From an uncultured delta proteobacterium (GTDB lineage: Bacteria; Desulfobacterota; Binatia; UBA9968): 64,000 bases of DNA. The notes beneath the pieces are model-generated. The model was not told the origin of the DNA. It saw nothing but the letters and a program-made list of their open reading frames with translations, and did no database searches. The position numbers and the translations under genes are program-made. The stretch is taken from NCBI GenBank assembly GCA_963760795.1, contig CAVXEP010000032.1, forward strand, positions 1-64,000, given 5' to 3'. This document shows positions 40,074-50,665 of this stretch, piece by piece. Position 1 is the stretch's first letter. The number at the start of each line of letters is the position of its first letter.

Positions 40074-41054
40074 ATGACGAAGTTTCTGCCGCACTTTTCA
40101 TTAGTTCTGATCTTGGTTGCGGCAAATGCTTTGGCGCAGGAGAAAGTGAAATTTCCCATCAGCGCCTCGTCGAAGACCCTGGGCTACAGTCCGCTGTGGG
40201 TGGCGAGCAAGCTGGGTTTTTTCGATAAGCAGAACTTGGATGTCCAGCTGGTGCTGGTATCGGGGGCCGACAAGTCGACCATGGCGCTGGTCGGCGGCTC
40301 GGTGAACGTCTCCAGCGGCGGCGCCGATACGGTGATCGCGGCGGTGGAGCAGGGCGCGGACCTGGTGTCCATCGGCGGCGTCATCAATGGTCTGACGCAC
40401 TACATCATGGGTGGCAAGAAATTTAAGTCCTTCGAAGATCTGCGCGGCGCCAATCTCGGCTCGTCGGGGCTGACTTCCGGCACGGCGTTTGTGCTGCGCC
40501 GGGTCTTGCGGGCGAAGGGGCTGGAGTATCCGCGCGATTATAATCTGATCAACGTCGGCGGATCGGCGCAGGCGTTTCTGTCGCTGACCGCCGGGAGAAT
40601 TGATGCGGCGATCATCGCCGTACCGCTCAATTACGAAGCGGCGCAGATGGGCTATCCGGTGATCGCTAAAGTCGTCGACTACATTCCCAACTATCAGTTG
40701 ACCGAAGTCACGGTGAAACGGGCCTGGGCGGAGAAGAACCGTGGCTTGACCGTGCGCTTCATGAAAGGTTTAATTCACGCCATGCGCTGGATGCATGACA
40801 ACAAGGATCCGGCCATCGAGTTCTTATCCAAGGAAATGCAGTTAAAGCCCGAGCAGGCGCGCCGCGGCTGGGACTATTACACCGAAAACAAGATCTGGCC
40901 GCCAAACGCCGAGACCAACATCGAAGGCGTGCGCACGGTGATCCAAATTGCCGCCGAGCGCGGCCAGTTCAAAGGTGGCGCGCTGCCGCAGCCGGCGAAG
41001 TATCTCGATCACAGCTACGTTGAGGAAGCTTTAAAGGAGTTGGGAAAAAGATAG
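40074..41054 (+). CDS. ABC substrate-binding protein, NMT1/SsuA-like
   Basis: Paralog of 37942; preceded by a family A half copy at 40023-40053. Confidence 0.85.
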   Translation: MTKFLPHFSLVLILVAANALAQEKVKFPISASSKTLGYSPLWVASKLGFFDKQNLDVQLVLVSGADKSTMALVGGSVNVSSGGADTVIAAVEQGADLVSIGGVINGLTHYIMGGKKFKSFEDLRGANLGSSGLTSGTAFVLRRVLRAKGLEYPRDYNLINVGGSAQAFLSLTAGRIDAAIIAVPLNYEAAQMGYPVIAKVVDYIPNYQLTEVTVKRAWAEKNRGLTVRFMKGLIHAMRWMHDNKDPAIEFLSKEMQLKPEQARRGWDYYTENKIWPPNAETNIEGVRTVIQIAAERGQFKGGALPQPAKYLDHSYVEEALKELGKR

Positions 41055-41055
41055 G

Positions 41056-42033
41056 ATGAAAAAGAAACCGACTAAAAAGACTACGAAAAAGACTAAAAGC
41101 ACCAAAGCTAGCTCCGCGAAAATTAAAACGAGCGCCAAGCCGAAAGTTCGCGCTGCCAAAGCCCGGGCGAGTTGGCAAGCGCAGCGGCGTCACTTCGTTC
41201 ACGACGGTTTGAAAATGCATTATTGGGAATGGGGCGATCCCAAGGAGGAGACCTACGTCTTCGTCCACGGCGTGCGCGATCAAGGGCGCAGTTGGGATCA
41301 TTTTCTCGACGAGCTGATCAGCCGCGGCGTGCCGATCAAGCATGCGGTGGCGCTCGACCTGCGCGGCCATGGCGACAGCGAGTGGCCGAGCACCAGCCGG
41401 GGCTACGCCCATGAAGACTTTCTCACCGATCTCGCCGGATTGCTCAAGCACTTGGACAAAGATCCAGTGACGATCATCGGCCATTCGCTGGGCGGCAGCA
41501 TGTGTTTGCTCTACGCCGGCACGTTTCCGGAAAGGGTCAAGCGCATGGTGCTGCTCGAATCCCTCGGTCCATTCGCGCGCAGCGACGATGAAGTGCCGAG
41601 TATCATGGCCGAGCGGTTGAAGGGCCGAGACTACGTCGAGATTCCCTTCCCCCACAAAACCTTGGAGGCGGCGGCGAAGGCGATCCAGAAAACTTACCCG
41701 CTGATCCCCGATAAGGCGGCGCTGCATATGGCCCAGCATGGCACCAACACCAATGGCGGCCGCTACCGCTGGAAGCATGATCCGATCCTGCGTTACCGGA
41801 CGACCACGGCGATGTCCGAAGGTCAGATCGAAGCTTTCATTCGGCGATTGAAGTGTCCGATCCTGTTTGTCTACGGTACTGAGAGCGATTTCATGAAGTC
41901 CGTGCGCGGCCATCGCGCGCAGCTTTTTCCCAACGCCAAGATCGTCCCGATCGAAGGCGCCGGGCATCATATACCGCATGAAAAACCGGTTGAGTTGGCG
42001 GAGGTGGTAGTTCCGTTCTTGTTGCAGGATTAA
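41056..42033 (+). CDS. Alpha/beta hydrolase with Lys-rich N-terminal tail
   Basis: FVHG, DLRGHGDS, GHSLGG, GAGHHIPHE. Confidence 0.88.
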   Translation: MKKKPTKKTTKKTKSTKASSAKIKTSAKPKVRAAKARASWQAQRRHFVHDGLKMHYWEWGDPKEETYVFVHGVRDQGRSWDHFLDELISRGVPIKHAVALDLRGHGDSEWPSTSRGYAHEDFLTDLAGLLKHLDKDPVTIIGHSLGGSMCLLYAGTFPERVKRMVLLESLGPFARSDDEVPSIMAERLKGRDYVEIPFPHKTLEAAAKAIQKTYPLIPDKAALHMAQHGTNTNGGRYRWKHDPILRYRTTTAMSEGQIEAFIRRLKCPILFVYGTESDFMKSVRGHRAQLFPNAKIVPIEGAGHHIPHEKPVELAEVVVPFLLQD

Positions 42034-42177
42034 ATAACTGGTTCCAAAGGTTTTATCGGTTGCAAGTGTTCCAGTCGTTTTCAGACGGGCGCGGTGCAGC
42101 CACGCAGCCACCATCGGGTTTTGAATTCCTACTATTGTAGCGGCTGGAACTATTGGAACCCTAACAGTGAGGTAATT

Positions 42178-42630
42178 ATGTTCTTATCCGCCGAAAAGAT
42201 CGCCGCCATGGCAGGCGAGCATCGCGTTCACTTCGTCAATCCGGCAGCCAAGCGCATAAACAAGTCGCTGGGCGATGCCGCCGGCCTTAAGAATCTTGGC
42301 ATCCATATGATGACGGTGGCGCCCGGCGATCGCTCGTCGGAGTATCACAGCCATCGTTACGAGGATGAAGCGATCTATGTGATTTCCGGGCGGGGGACGG
42401 CGGTGATCGGCGAAGAATCCTTCAAGATAGGCCCGGGCGATTTCCTCGGTTTCCCCGGTGGCGGCCCGGCTCACGAGACATTCAACGACGGCAATGAACC
42501 GCTGGTCTGCCTCGTCATAGGACTGCGGCTGGCGCAAGATGTCGTCGACTACCCGCGTGCCGGCAAACGGCTGTACCGCAACAGCGGCCAGCGCGATATG
42601 GTGGACTATCCGAATATTACCAAGCGTTGA
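42178..42630 (+). CDS. Cupin domain protein
   Basis: SSEYHSHRYEDEAIYV, FPGGGPAH. Confidence 0.85.
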   Translation: MFLSAEKIAAMAGEHRVHFVNPAAKRINKSLGDAAGLKNLGIHMMTVAPGDRSSEYHSHRYEDEAIYVISGRGTAVIGEESFKIGPGDFLGFPGGGPAHETFNDGNEPLVCLVIGLRLAQDVVDYPRAGKRLYRNSGQRDMVDYPNITKR

Positions 42631-42721
42631 GCTATTTCTTTTCGCTGCACTCGCCAGTTAATTTCAAACTGTGCTATGAAAATCTTATGACTCGAAGCAC
42701 TCGTCTGTCTGGAGGTACGCA

Positions 42722-43540
42722 ATGGCTGAACTATCAACAGTTCTACAGAAACTCGATGAAGAAACCGGCGTCGCTTGGCTGACCTTTAACCGGCCGGAGA
42801 AGAAGAACGCCATGAGCCAGAAGTTCATGGCGGAGTTGATCAAGGCGCTCAAAGATATCGCCGAGAACGACAAGATCAAATGCGTCGTGACCATGGGGTC
42901 GGGTGATTCTTATTCGTCGGGGCTCGATCTTTACGATCTGCGCGAGTCGTGGAAGCGCAAGCGTCCCTGGGATCAGGCCGGTTCGACCTACGAGATCGTC
43001 CGGCTCTTGCGCGCCATGCCGCAGATCACGGTGGCGGCGGTGCGCGGCTGGTGTCTGGGCGGCGGTCTGGCGTTGATTAACGGTCATGATCTGTGCATCG
43101 CCGGGCAATCGGCGAAGTTCGGCATGCCGGAAGTGATCCGCGGCAGCTACGGCGCGGTGGCGACGTCGACGTTGTTCCACGGCGGGTTGCCGGTCAAGAA
43201 GGCTTTTTACATTCAGCTCACCGGTCGCAATTTGTCTGCGGCGGAAGCCGAGCGGGTCGGCTTGATTTCTGAAGTGGTGCCCGACGACCAATTGCTGGCT
43301 AACGTCGAGCAGCTGTCCAAGGAGCTCGGCAGCCGCAATGCGGTGACGCTGGAGAGCGCCAAGATCGCCGCGTACATGATGAAGGACATGGACTTTGCGA
43401 CCGCGCTCAGGACCGACGACTTGGTGTCGCACCGGATGCGCTACTACACCAATCCACTCAACGACGTCGAAGGTTATCTGCACTCGCAAAAGGGCGGCGG
43501 CACCGTGAAGTATGTCAAACCGGAGGATCGGAAGAAGTAA
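42722..43540 (+). CDS. Enoyl-CoA hydratase/isomerase family protein
   Basis: FNRPEKKNAMS, YSSGLDL, FGMPEV. Confidence 0.85.
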   Translation: MAELSTVLQKLDEETGVAWLTFNRPEKKNAMSQKFMAELIKALKDIAENDKIKCVVTMGSGDSYSSGLDLYDLRESWKRKRPWDQAGSTYEIVRLLRAMPQITVAAVRGWCLGGGLALINGHDLCIAGQSAKFGMPEVIRGSYGAVATSTLFHGGLPVKKAFYIQLTGRNLSAAEAERVGLISEVVPDDQLLANVEQLSKELGSRNAVTLESAKIAAYMMKDMDFATALRTDDLVSHRMRYYTNPLNDVEGYLHSQKGGGTVKYVKPEDRKK

Positions 43541-43545
43541 AGTTC

Positions 43546-43578
43546 CGTTCAAGGGTTCAAGGTTCAAAAGTTCAAGGT
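43546..43578. repeat. Family A half copy
   Basis: cgttcaagggttcaaggttcaaaagttcaagg. Confidence 0.8.
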
Positions 43579-43633
43579 TGATGCTCGGCATGCAGGAGTT
43601 TCGCGCTGATTGCAAAATTGAGGAGGGGAGCCA

Positions 43634-44764
43634 ATGTCACTACATACGCCATTATGTGATTTGTTGCATATCAAATATCCGATCATCCAGGCCGGCATGG
43701 GCTGGGACAAGGAAGGGCTGACGACGCCGCCGGCGCTGGTCGCCGCGGTATCAAATGCCGGCGGGCTAGGTTGCATCGGCGGCAGTTCGATTCGGCCTGA
43801 GGTCATTCGCGAACGCATCCGCGCGGTGCGGCAACTGACCGACAAGCCCTTCGGCGTCGATATCACCTTGCCGAAGATGGAAGATGTCAGAATTCCCGAC
43901 CCGGACGAAGTGCGCAAAGAGATCCAGGAAAAATTTCCCAAGCATGCCAAGTTCAACGACGAGCTGATTCCGCGACTGGGCTTGACGCCACAACCGCCGG
44001 ACCGCAAGAGCTGGGTGAAGACGCCGGCGGCTACGCGCGAGCAGCTGCGAGTCATTCTCGAAGAGAAGGTGCCGATTCTGATCATCGGCCTCGGTGATAC
44101 GGCCGAAGTCGTGCCGCTGGCCCATGAACGGGGTATTTTGGTCATGGCGCTGGCCGGCGCGGTGAAACATGCGCTCAGCCACGCGCGCAAGGGCGCCGAC
44201 GTGATCATCGCCCAGGGCTACGAAGCGGGCGGACACACCGGCACGATTGGCAACTTTCCTCTGATACCGCAGATCGTCGATGCGGTGCGGCCCAAGCCGG
44301 TGGTTGCCGCCGGCGGTATTTCCGACGGTCGCGGCGTTGCCGCCGCGCTCGCTCTCGGAGCTGTTGGTGTTTGGTGCGGCACGACTTTCTTGGTGACGCA
44401 GGAAGGCGGCATCAATCCGATTTATAAAAAACAAATTCTCAACGGCAGCTCGGAAGACTTCGTGCGCACCGCTTACACCAGCGGCCACTTTGCGCGTCAT
44501 TACCGCAGCGAGACCATCAAGGCCTGGATGGCGTCCGGTCTCGATGCCATGCCGACGCCCTACCAAGGTAATGCGATGGATGAAGTGCGGCGCGCCGCCG
44601 AAGCCGCCAATCGCGTCGATGTCCTGCATGTCCCTGGCGGACAGGTGGCCGGTATGTTGAGTGAAGAGCGCAACAATGTGCCCGCCAAGGAAATCGTCGA
44701 CCGCATGGTTGCCGAGGCGTCGCAGATTTTGAACGACCTGCGGGCAAAGTTTGTCGGTGCTTAA
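43634..44764 (+). CDS. Nitronate monooxygenase / FabK-like flavoprotein
   Basis: YPIIQAGMG, AVSNAGGLG, QGYEAGGH, AAGGISDGRG. Confidence 0.88.
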   Translation: MSLHTPLCDLLHIKYPIIQAGMGWDKEGLTTPPALVAAVSNAGGLGCIGGSSIRPEVIRERIRAVRQLTDKPFGVDITLPKMEDVRIPDPDEVRKEIQEKFPKHAKFNDELIPRLGLTPQPPDRKSWVKTPAATREQLRVILEEKVPILIIGLGDTAEVVPLAHERGILVMALAGAVKHALSHARKGADVIIAQGYEAGGHTGTIGNFPLIPQIVDAVRPKPVVAAGGISDGRGVAAALALGAVGVWCGTTFLVTQEGGINPIYKKQILNGSSEDFVRTAYTSGHFARHYRSETIKAWMASGLDAMPTPYQGNAMDEVRRAAEAANRVDVLHVPGGQVAGMLSEERNNVPAKEIVDRMVAEASQILNDLRAKFVGA

Positions 44765-44788
44765 ATAAGTGAAGCGACGCAGTAGAAA

Positions 44789-44875
44789 ATCCACCTTAGT
44801 TCCCTTTGTCAAAGGGGAAACGGTGAGCATCTAAAATGTTCCCCTCTTTGTAAAAGCCGGGTTAGGGGAGATTTG
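44789..44875. repeat. Degenerate CCCCTTT..AAAGGGG-type palindrome pair
   Basis: atccaccttagttccctttgtcaaagggga ... cccctctttgtaaaagccgggttaggggagattt. Confidence 0.55.
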
Positions 44876-44913
44876 GAACTTCCGTCAGCAGCAATAACTT
44901 CCTAAAAGGATAA

Positions 44914-47295
44914 ATGATGAGCGGAGAATTTCTCAAAGGTTATAGAGCGTTGGATCTTACCGGTTTGAGCGGCCAACTGTGCGGCCGCATGCTCGCTGAC
45001 TTGGGCATGGAAGTGATCAAGATCGAACCGCCTGGCGGCGACCCAGTGCGCAATCTGGCCCCTTTCATCACCGCAGCCAATGGCGCCAAGCTGAGCACGA
45101 CCTTCGCGCATTTGAACGCCGGCAAGCACAGCAAGGTCATCGATCTCGACAGTGACGCCGGTCGCGCGGCGTTGCGCAAGTTGGTCGAATCGGCCGACGT
45201 TGTCATTGAAAGTTTTCAGCCGGGTGAGTTGGCAGCCAAGGGGTTGGGCTACAAAGATCTAGCCAAGGTGAATCCCGGCATCGTCATGGCTTCGATCACT
45301 TGTTTCGGTCAAACCGGACCGAAGAAAAATCTTGTCTACAACGATCTCGTCGGCTTGGCCGAGAGCGGCATTCTTTACGTCTGCGGCGACCCGACGACGG
45401 CACCGTGCAAAGCGCCCGAGTCGCAGGCCTATTACTTCGCGAGTCTGTTCGCCACCGCCGGCGTATTGGCAGCGCTCTACCGGCGTGAAAAGACCGGCCA
45501 AGGCGACCATATCGACACGTCGATGCAGGAAACCTTGGCGACCCATGAGCACCTCATTCGGCTGTGGGCCAATGATAAACAGATTCTCAAGCGCGCCGGC
45601 AGCCAGCATGGCTCGGTGGCGCCGGCGAAAATCTTCCCGGTCAAAGACGGTTTCGTCTATCTCTACGTGACGCGCCAGCACTGGAAGCTTTTTCTTTCCA
45701 TCTGGAAGGATCATCCGGCGACTTTCGACGCCGCCGATTGGCTGAACAACGTCTACCGGCGCGATCATGCCGATGAACTCAATCCCGCAGTGGAAGCCTA
45801 TCTTGGTAAATTCACCATGGCGGAGATCACCGAATTGTTGCAGGAAAAGGGCATCCCTTGTGTGCCGGTGAATACGCCGATGGGGTTTGCCAACGACGAG
45901 CATGTGCAGGGCCGAGGTTTCATGACAGCGGTGGAGCATGCAGGGTTTGGCAGCGCAAAGCAGCCGGGCATGCCGTTTATGATCGACGGCAGCCGTCCTG
46001 CGGTTGGTAGCGTGCCGCTGCTCGACAGTTGGCGCGACGATGGGGCGAAGAGGTCGGCGCCACAGCAACCAAGGTCGACCGGGACGAGCGGCAACGGCCC
46101 GCTTGACGGTATGCGAATCGTTAGCTTCGATCACGTTCTTGCCGGCCCCTATGGCACGACGATTTTGGCGGAGCTCGGCGCCGATGTGATGAAAATCGAG
46201 TCGAGCAAAGGCGGTATGGACCCGTTTCGCTTTTTCGGCACCGGCGAAGATCCCAATCTGTCGCCGCGGTTTTTAGAATTTAACCGCAACAAGCGGTCCT
46301 TTACAGTCAATTTGAAACATCCCAAAGGCCAGGGCGTTTTGCACGATCTGGTCGCCAAGGCGGACGCGGTGCTCGATAACTACAGCGTCGATGTCGTCGA
46401 TCGCATTGGATTGGGTTATAAACAGCTCTGCGCAGTGAAGCCCGACATAATCAATCTGCGCATGCCCGGCCTCGGCACCACCGGTCCCAAGCGCCATTTC
46501 TCGACAGTCGGTGTGAACATCACCGCCTTCACAGGCTTGACCTATATGTGGAACCACCCCGGCGTCACCAATCCGCCTATCGGTGCGCAGCTGGTTTATC
46601 CAGATTATGTTTCCGGCGTCCTGTGCGCGATCATCATCATTTCCGGCGTGCTTTACCGAGACCGGCAAAAGAGAGGCGCGTTCATCGACTTGGCGCAGTC
46701 AGAGGCGACGGCATTTATGATCGGCGCCAATCTGATGGAAGCTGCGTCGACCGGCAAGAATCCCGAACCCATCGGCAATATGTCGCTCTCCGTGGCTCCC
46801 CATGGCTGCTATCCGTGCAAGGGCGAAGATCGCTGGTGCGTGATCGCTGCGGAAACCGAACAGCAATGGTCGGCCCTCGCCAACATTCTTGGCGGTGACG
46901 TCGCCGACAATTCACGCTTTGCCACCAACGCGGCGCGGCTCCAAGCACGGGAGGCGCTCGATAAAACTATTTCAGCTTGGACGCGGACGCGAGACGCCTT
47001 CGCCGTCCGCGATCAGTTGCAGAAAGCGGGGATTCCCTGCGGCGTGGCGCAAACCGGCGAGGATCTGGTCAACGACCCGCAGCTCAAGGAGCGTGGCTTC
47101 ATCGTCGAGGTGGATAATCCTAGATTGGGCAAGGTCGTATTGCCGAGTTTTCCGCTGCACTTTACCAACGCCAAGCTGACGCGCCGCTGGGAATTTCCCG
47201 TGCTCGGCAAGGATACCGAGGCGGTGCTGCGCGATGTCGTCGGCTACGATGCCGCGACCATCGCCGCGCATCGACAGGACGGGGTGTTGGAATAG
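44914..47295 (+). CDS. Family III CoA-transferase with two fused CaiB/BaiF domains
   Basis: LADLGMEVIKIEPP..LNAGK and LAELGADVMKIES..FNRNKRS. Confidence 0.9.
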   Translation: MMSGEFLKGYRALDLTGLSGQLCGRMLADLGMEVIKIEPPGGDPVRNLAPFITAANGAKLSTTFAHLNAGKHSKVIDLDSDAGRAALRKLVESADVVIESFQPGELAAKGLGYKDLAKVNPGIVMASITCFGQTGPKKNLVYNDLVGLAESGILYVCGDPTTAPCKAPESQAYYFASLFATAGVLAALYRREKTGQGDHIDTSMQETLATHEHLIRLWANDKQILKRAGSQHGSVAPAKIFPVKDGFVYLYVTRQHWKLFLSIWKDHPATFDAADWLNNVYRRDHADELNPAVEAYLGKFTMAEITELLQEKGIPCVPVNTPMGFANDEHVQGRGFMTAVEHAGFGSAKQPGMPFMIDGSRPAVGSVPLLDSWRDDGAKRSAPQQPRSTGTSGNGPLDGMRIVSFDHVLAGPYGTTILAELGADVMKIESSKGGMDPFRFFGTGEDPNLSPRFLEFNRNKRSFTVNLKHPKGQGVLHDLVAKADAVLDNYSVDVVDRIGLGYKQLCAVKPDIINLRMPGLGTTGPKRHFSTVGVNITAFTGLTYMWNHPGVTNPPIGAQLVYPDYVSGVLCAIIIISGVLYRDRQKRGAFIDLAQSEATAFMIGANLMEAASTGKNPEPIGNMSLSVAPHGCYPCKGEDRWCVIAAETEQQWSALANILGGDVADNSRFATNAARLQAREALDKTISAWTRTRDAFAVRDQLQKAGIPCGVAQTGEDLVNDPQLKERGFIVEVDNPRLGKVVLPSFPLHFTNAKLTRRWEFPVLGKDTEAVLRDVVGYDAATIAAHRQDGVLE

Positions 47296-47352
47296 CGCGG
47301 GCCCTGGAGTGATGGCGAAGTCTTGGGTTGAACAAACAGCAGGAATAGTCGA

Positions 47353-48388
47353 ATGAATACCGTGGTTCTGCTGGTCTGCTTGATAGTTTTTCCTTTGAGT
47401 CGAACTTTTCGCTCAAACCAGATCCACCGTCGATCTCGCCAACTATCGCGGCGCGGACCGCGAGGAGATGCTCAAAGCCGGCGCGAAAAAGGAAGGGAAG
47501 CTCACCTGGTACACGAGCCTGACCGCCCATCGCGATATCGCCAACGTGTTTGAAGCGAAATATCCCGGTGTCAAAGTCGAAACCTATCGCGCCGCGCCCA
47601 ACGATCTGAACCGGCGGCTGCTTTCCGAAGCGCAGTCCAAGCGCAGTATCGCCGACCTGCTCGAGACCACACCGACGACGATGATGCTCATGCGCGACAG
47701 CAAGCTGCTGATGCCATATTTCTCGCCCCATCTCGCCAACTTTCCCGATGACTCTAAAGAGGAAGCGGACAAGAGCCGGGTATTTTGGACCACCGACCGG
47801 GAATCCATCGTCGGCCTGGGCTACAACCGCAACATGATTCGCGCCGCCGAGGTGCCGAAAACCTTCGCCGATATGCTCAAGCCGGAAAACAAAGGCAAGA
47901 TCGGTGTCAGCGGCGATACCACCGGCGTGCGCTTTGTCGGCGCCATGATCGCCGCCAAGGGAGAAGAATTCGTCAAGCAGTTGCGCAACCAGGATGTCAA
48001 AATGCACATGATCTCCGGCGGCGCGATGCATGAGTTGATGGCCGCCGGCGAAATGCATATGTCGATCTCGATCTTTCGCAATCATGTCTTAGCCGGGAAA
48101 CTCAAAGGCGCGCCCACCGAATGGGTGCCTCTCGACTTGAGTCCGGCCAACGCCGGTAGCGTTGCTTTGCCGGCCGCGACTCACAGTCCCCATGCCGCCC
48201 TATTGTTCATCGATTTTCTCCTGAGCCCAGAGGGACAAAAGATCTTCGAAGAAAAGTTTCGCTTCGCGACTTCGACCAAGAATTATGGTTTCAAACGTTG
48301 GTACCCTGAAAAGGGACTGACCGTCGAGCAGTACGAGAAAGCCGAGGAGCGTTGGAAGAAACTATTGCACGATCTGGTGCGGCGATAG
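47353..48388 (+). CDS. Extracellular solute-binding protein (family 1 / Fe3+-thiamine-like), frameshift near 47400
   Basis: AKKEGKLTWYTS, PHAALLFIDFLLSPEGQ; signal peptide in the upstream frame. Confidence 0.8.
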
Positions 48389-48451
48389 AAGTCAGAAGTC
48401 CGATCTTCGCCTGCTGACCGCCGATCTCCGACTTCGGATCTCTGACCTCCG
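48387..48451. repeat. AGAAGTC / CTGACC heptamer-type repeat
   Basis: agaagtcagaagtc ... ctgaccgccgatctccgacttcggatctctgacctccg. Confidence 0.6.
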
Positions 48452-48535
48452 GTTGCCCCGCGATTGACAGTTTCAATGCTTCTAGAATATGACCTGACAT
48501 AACGACGCAGCATAAAAACAATTGGAGGAAAGACC

Positions 48536-49354
48536 ATGGCAAATTATCAAACTTTATTAGTGGACAATAAGGACGGCGTGACGACGGTCACACTCAATCG
48601 GCCGGAAAAGCGCAACGCGATGAGCCCGCAGCTGCATCGCGACATGTACGATTGCTTGACCGATCTGCGTTACGACAAAGATACCCGGGTGATCATTATC
48701 ACCGGCGCGGGTGAGAGTTTTTGCGCCGGCCAGGACTTGAAGCAATACTTTATCGAAATGGACTCCCAACCTGAGCGCGTGCGCGACGAAGTGCGAGAAA
48801 AATCGCGCCAATGGCGCAACGAGATACTGCGCAAGATGCCGCAGCCGGTGATCGCCAAGATCAACGGCTGGGTGTTTGGCGGCGGCTTCACCGTCGTGAC
48901 CGGCTGCGACATCGCCATTGCGGCGGACGATGTCCAGTTTGGTTTGTCGGAGGTTAATTTCGGCCATTTCCCCGGCGGCGAAGTGACCATCGTTCTGACC
49001 GAACATTTGCAGCCCAAGCATGGACTCTATTACGCGCTCACCGGCAAGACCATGAACGCCAAGGAAGCCGAGCGCATCGGCCTTATCACTAAAGCTGTGC
49101 CGCGCGCCGATTTGGACAAAGAGGTGATGGAGATCGCCAACAACTTGAAAGAGAAAGCTCCTTCCGCCCTCAACGCGGTCAAAGAAGCGTGGTACTACAC
49201 CTTCTACTCCAATCCGGATGTCGCCTACGAGATCTCCGGCTTGATCTCCGATAAAGCCAAGGCAGCGATCGGCGGCCGTCCCGGCTTGCAGCAGTTCGCC
49301 CGTAAGGAATATCGACCCGGGTTGGGGTCGTATAAGGTCGAGGAAAAGAAATAA
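48536..49354 (+). CDS. Hydroxycinnamoyl (feruloyl)-CoA hydratase/lyase-like crotonase
   Basis: LNRPEKRNAMSP, DLKQYF, GWVFGGGF, GLSEVNFG, C-terminal PGLGSYK resemble Ech/HCHL. Confidence 0.7.
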   Translation: MANYQTLLVDNKDGVTTVTLNRPEKRNAMSPQLHRDMYDCLTDLRYDKDTRVIIITGAGESFCAGQDLKQYFIEMDSQPERVRDEVREKSRQWRNEILRKMPQPVIAKINGWVFGGGFTVVTGCDIAIAADDVQFGLSEVNFGHFPGGEVTIVLTEHLQPKHGLYYALTGKTMNAKEAERIGLITKAVPRADLDKEVMEIANNLKEKAPSALNAVKEAWYYTFYSNPDVAYEISGLISDKAKAAIGGRPGLQQFARKEYRPGLGSYKVEEKK

Positions 49355-49361
49355 GCGCATT

Positions 49362-49493
49362 AATTTTGATTTTGCGATTTTGGATTTTGGATTGCCGGAG
49401 TTAGGGCGTGCCGGTGCAAGCGCAGCAACTTGTGCCGGCATTGTTCCGTTAATCTAAAAACCAAAAGTCGCCCCGCAGACTAAAATCCAAAAT
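49362..49493. repeat. Family B hairpin, intergenic
   Basis: aattttgattttgcgattttggattttggattg ... aatctaaaaaccaaaagtcgccccgcagactaaaatccaaaat. Confidence 0.82.
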
Positions 49494-49505
49494 GGAGATT
49501 CAAGC

Positions 49506-50660
49506 ATGGATTTTAATTTACCTGAAGAATTGCAGATGCTGAAAGACACGGTGCGCAAGTTCGTCGACAAGGAACTGATTCCGGTCGAGATGCACACCAT
49601 CGAGAACATGGAGCTGAAGCCCGACATCCGCGAAAAGTTGGAAAAAAAGACCAAAGAGATGGGGCTGTGGATGTTCGACGTGCCGGAAGAGTACGGCGGC
49701 GGCGGGCTGGGCAGTTTGGCCCAGGTATTGGTGTGGGAAGAGCTGTCGCGCACGGTGGCGTTGCCGTCGCGCGGCCAGGGTATCTTCGGCCCGGAGGTGC
49801 GGCCGATTCTCTACGCGCTCAATCCGGAACAGAAAAAGCGTTTCATGGACCCGGTGCTGGCTGGAGAGAAAAAGCTTTGCTTCATGCAAACCGAGCCTGA
49901 TGCCGGCTCCGATCCGGCGTCGATGAAAACTCGCGCGGTGCGCCAGGGCGATCACTATGTCATCAACGGCACCAAGCGTTTCATCACTGGAGCGGGAGAA
50001 GCGGATATCGGTCAATTGATGGCGGTTACCGATCCGGCCAAGGGCGCCCATGGGGGTATCTCTTGTTTCATGGTCGACATGAAGACGCCGGGGTTGACGC
50101 TGGGGACCCGTTACAAAACCATGATGGGCGAGGAGCCTTGGCATATCACCTTCGACGATATGAAGATTCCCGCGGAAAATATCGTCGGCAAGGAAGGCGA
50201 AGGGTTCAAGCTAGCGCAAAAATGGCTCGGCATCGGCCGCTTGAAACACGGCGCGCGCGCACTGGGCGTGGCCGAGCGCTGCATCGAAATGGGCGCAAGC
50301 TATTCCAAGCAGCGCATTACGTTTGGTAAGCCGCTGTCGGAGCGCCAGGGCATAACTTTTAAACTAGCCGACTCCTACGTCGAACTGCATGCGGCGCGCT
50401 TGATGGTCTACCAAGCGGCTTGGAAGAATGATCAGAAGCAGGACATTCGCAACGAGGCCTACATGGCGAAGCTATTCGCCGATGAGATGTCGTTCCGGGT
50501 GGTCGACCGCGTGCTGCAAATCCATGGCGGCATCGGTTTGACGTTAGATTTACCGCTGGCGAAATGGTTCGTCGACCAGCGCAGCCGGATGATCACCGAA
50601 GGCGCGTCCGAAGTGATGCGCATGGTAATCGCGCGGGAAGTGTTGAGGAAATATAATTAA
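49506..50660 (+). CDS. Acyl-CoA dehydrogenase
   Basis: QTEPDAGSD, INGTKRFIT, QIHGGIG, ITEGASEV. Confidence 0.92.
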   Translation: MDFNLPEELQMLKDTVRKFVDKELIPVEMHTIENMELKPDIREKLEKKTKEMGLWMFDVPEEYGGGGLGSLAQVLVWEELSRTVALPSRGQGIFGPEVRPILYALNPEQKKRFMDPVLAGEKKLCFMQTEPDAGSDPASMKTRAVRQGDHYVINGTKRFITGAGEADIGQLMAVTDPAKGAHGGISCFMVDMKTPGLTLGTRYKTMMGEEPWHITFDDMKIPAENIVGKEGEGFKLAQKWLGIGRLKHGARALGVAERCIEMGASYSKQRITFGKPLSERQGITFKLADSYVELHAARLMVYQAAWKNDQKQDIRNEAYMAKLFADEMSFRVVDRVLQIHGGIGLTLDLPLAKWFVDQRSRMITEGASEVMRMVIAREVLRKYN

Positions 50661-50665
50661 GAAGT

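Noticed and set aside
48464-48493. TTGACA-containing promoter candidates (also near 17195, 51325, 53630 and 63268)
   Set aside because: -10 elements or spacing are too weak to call from sequence alone.
40969-49441. Long minus-strand ORFs (381, 290, 354, 291, 307 and 294 aa)
   Set aside because: Antisense to well-supported genes; expected in high-GC coding DNA.
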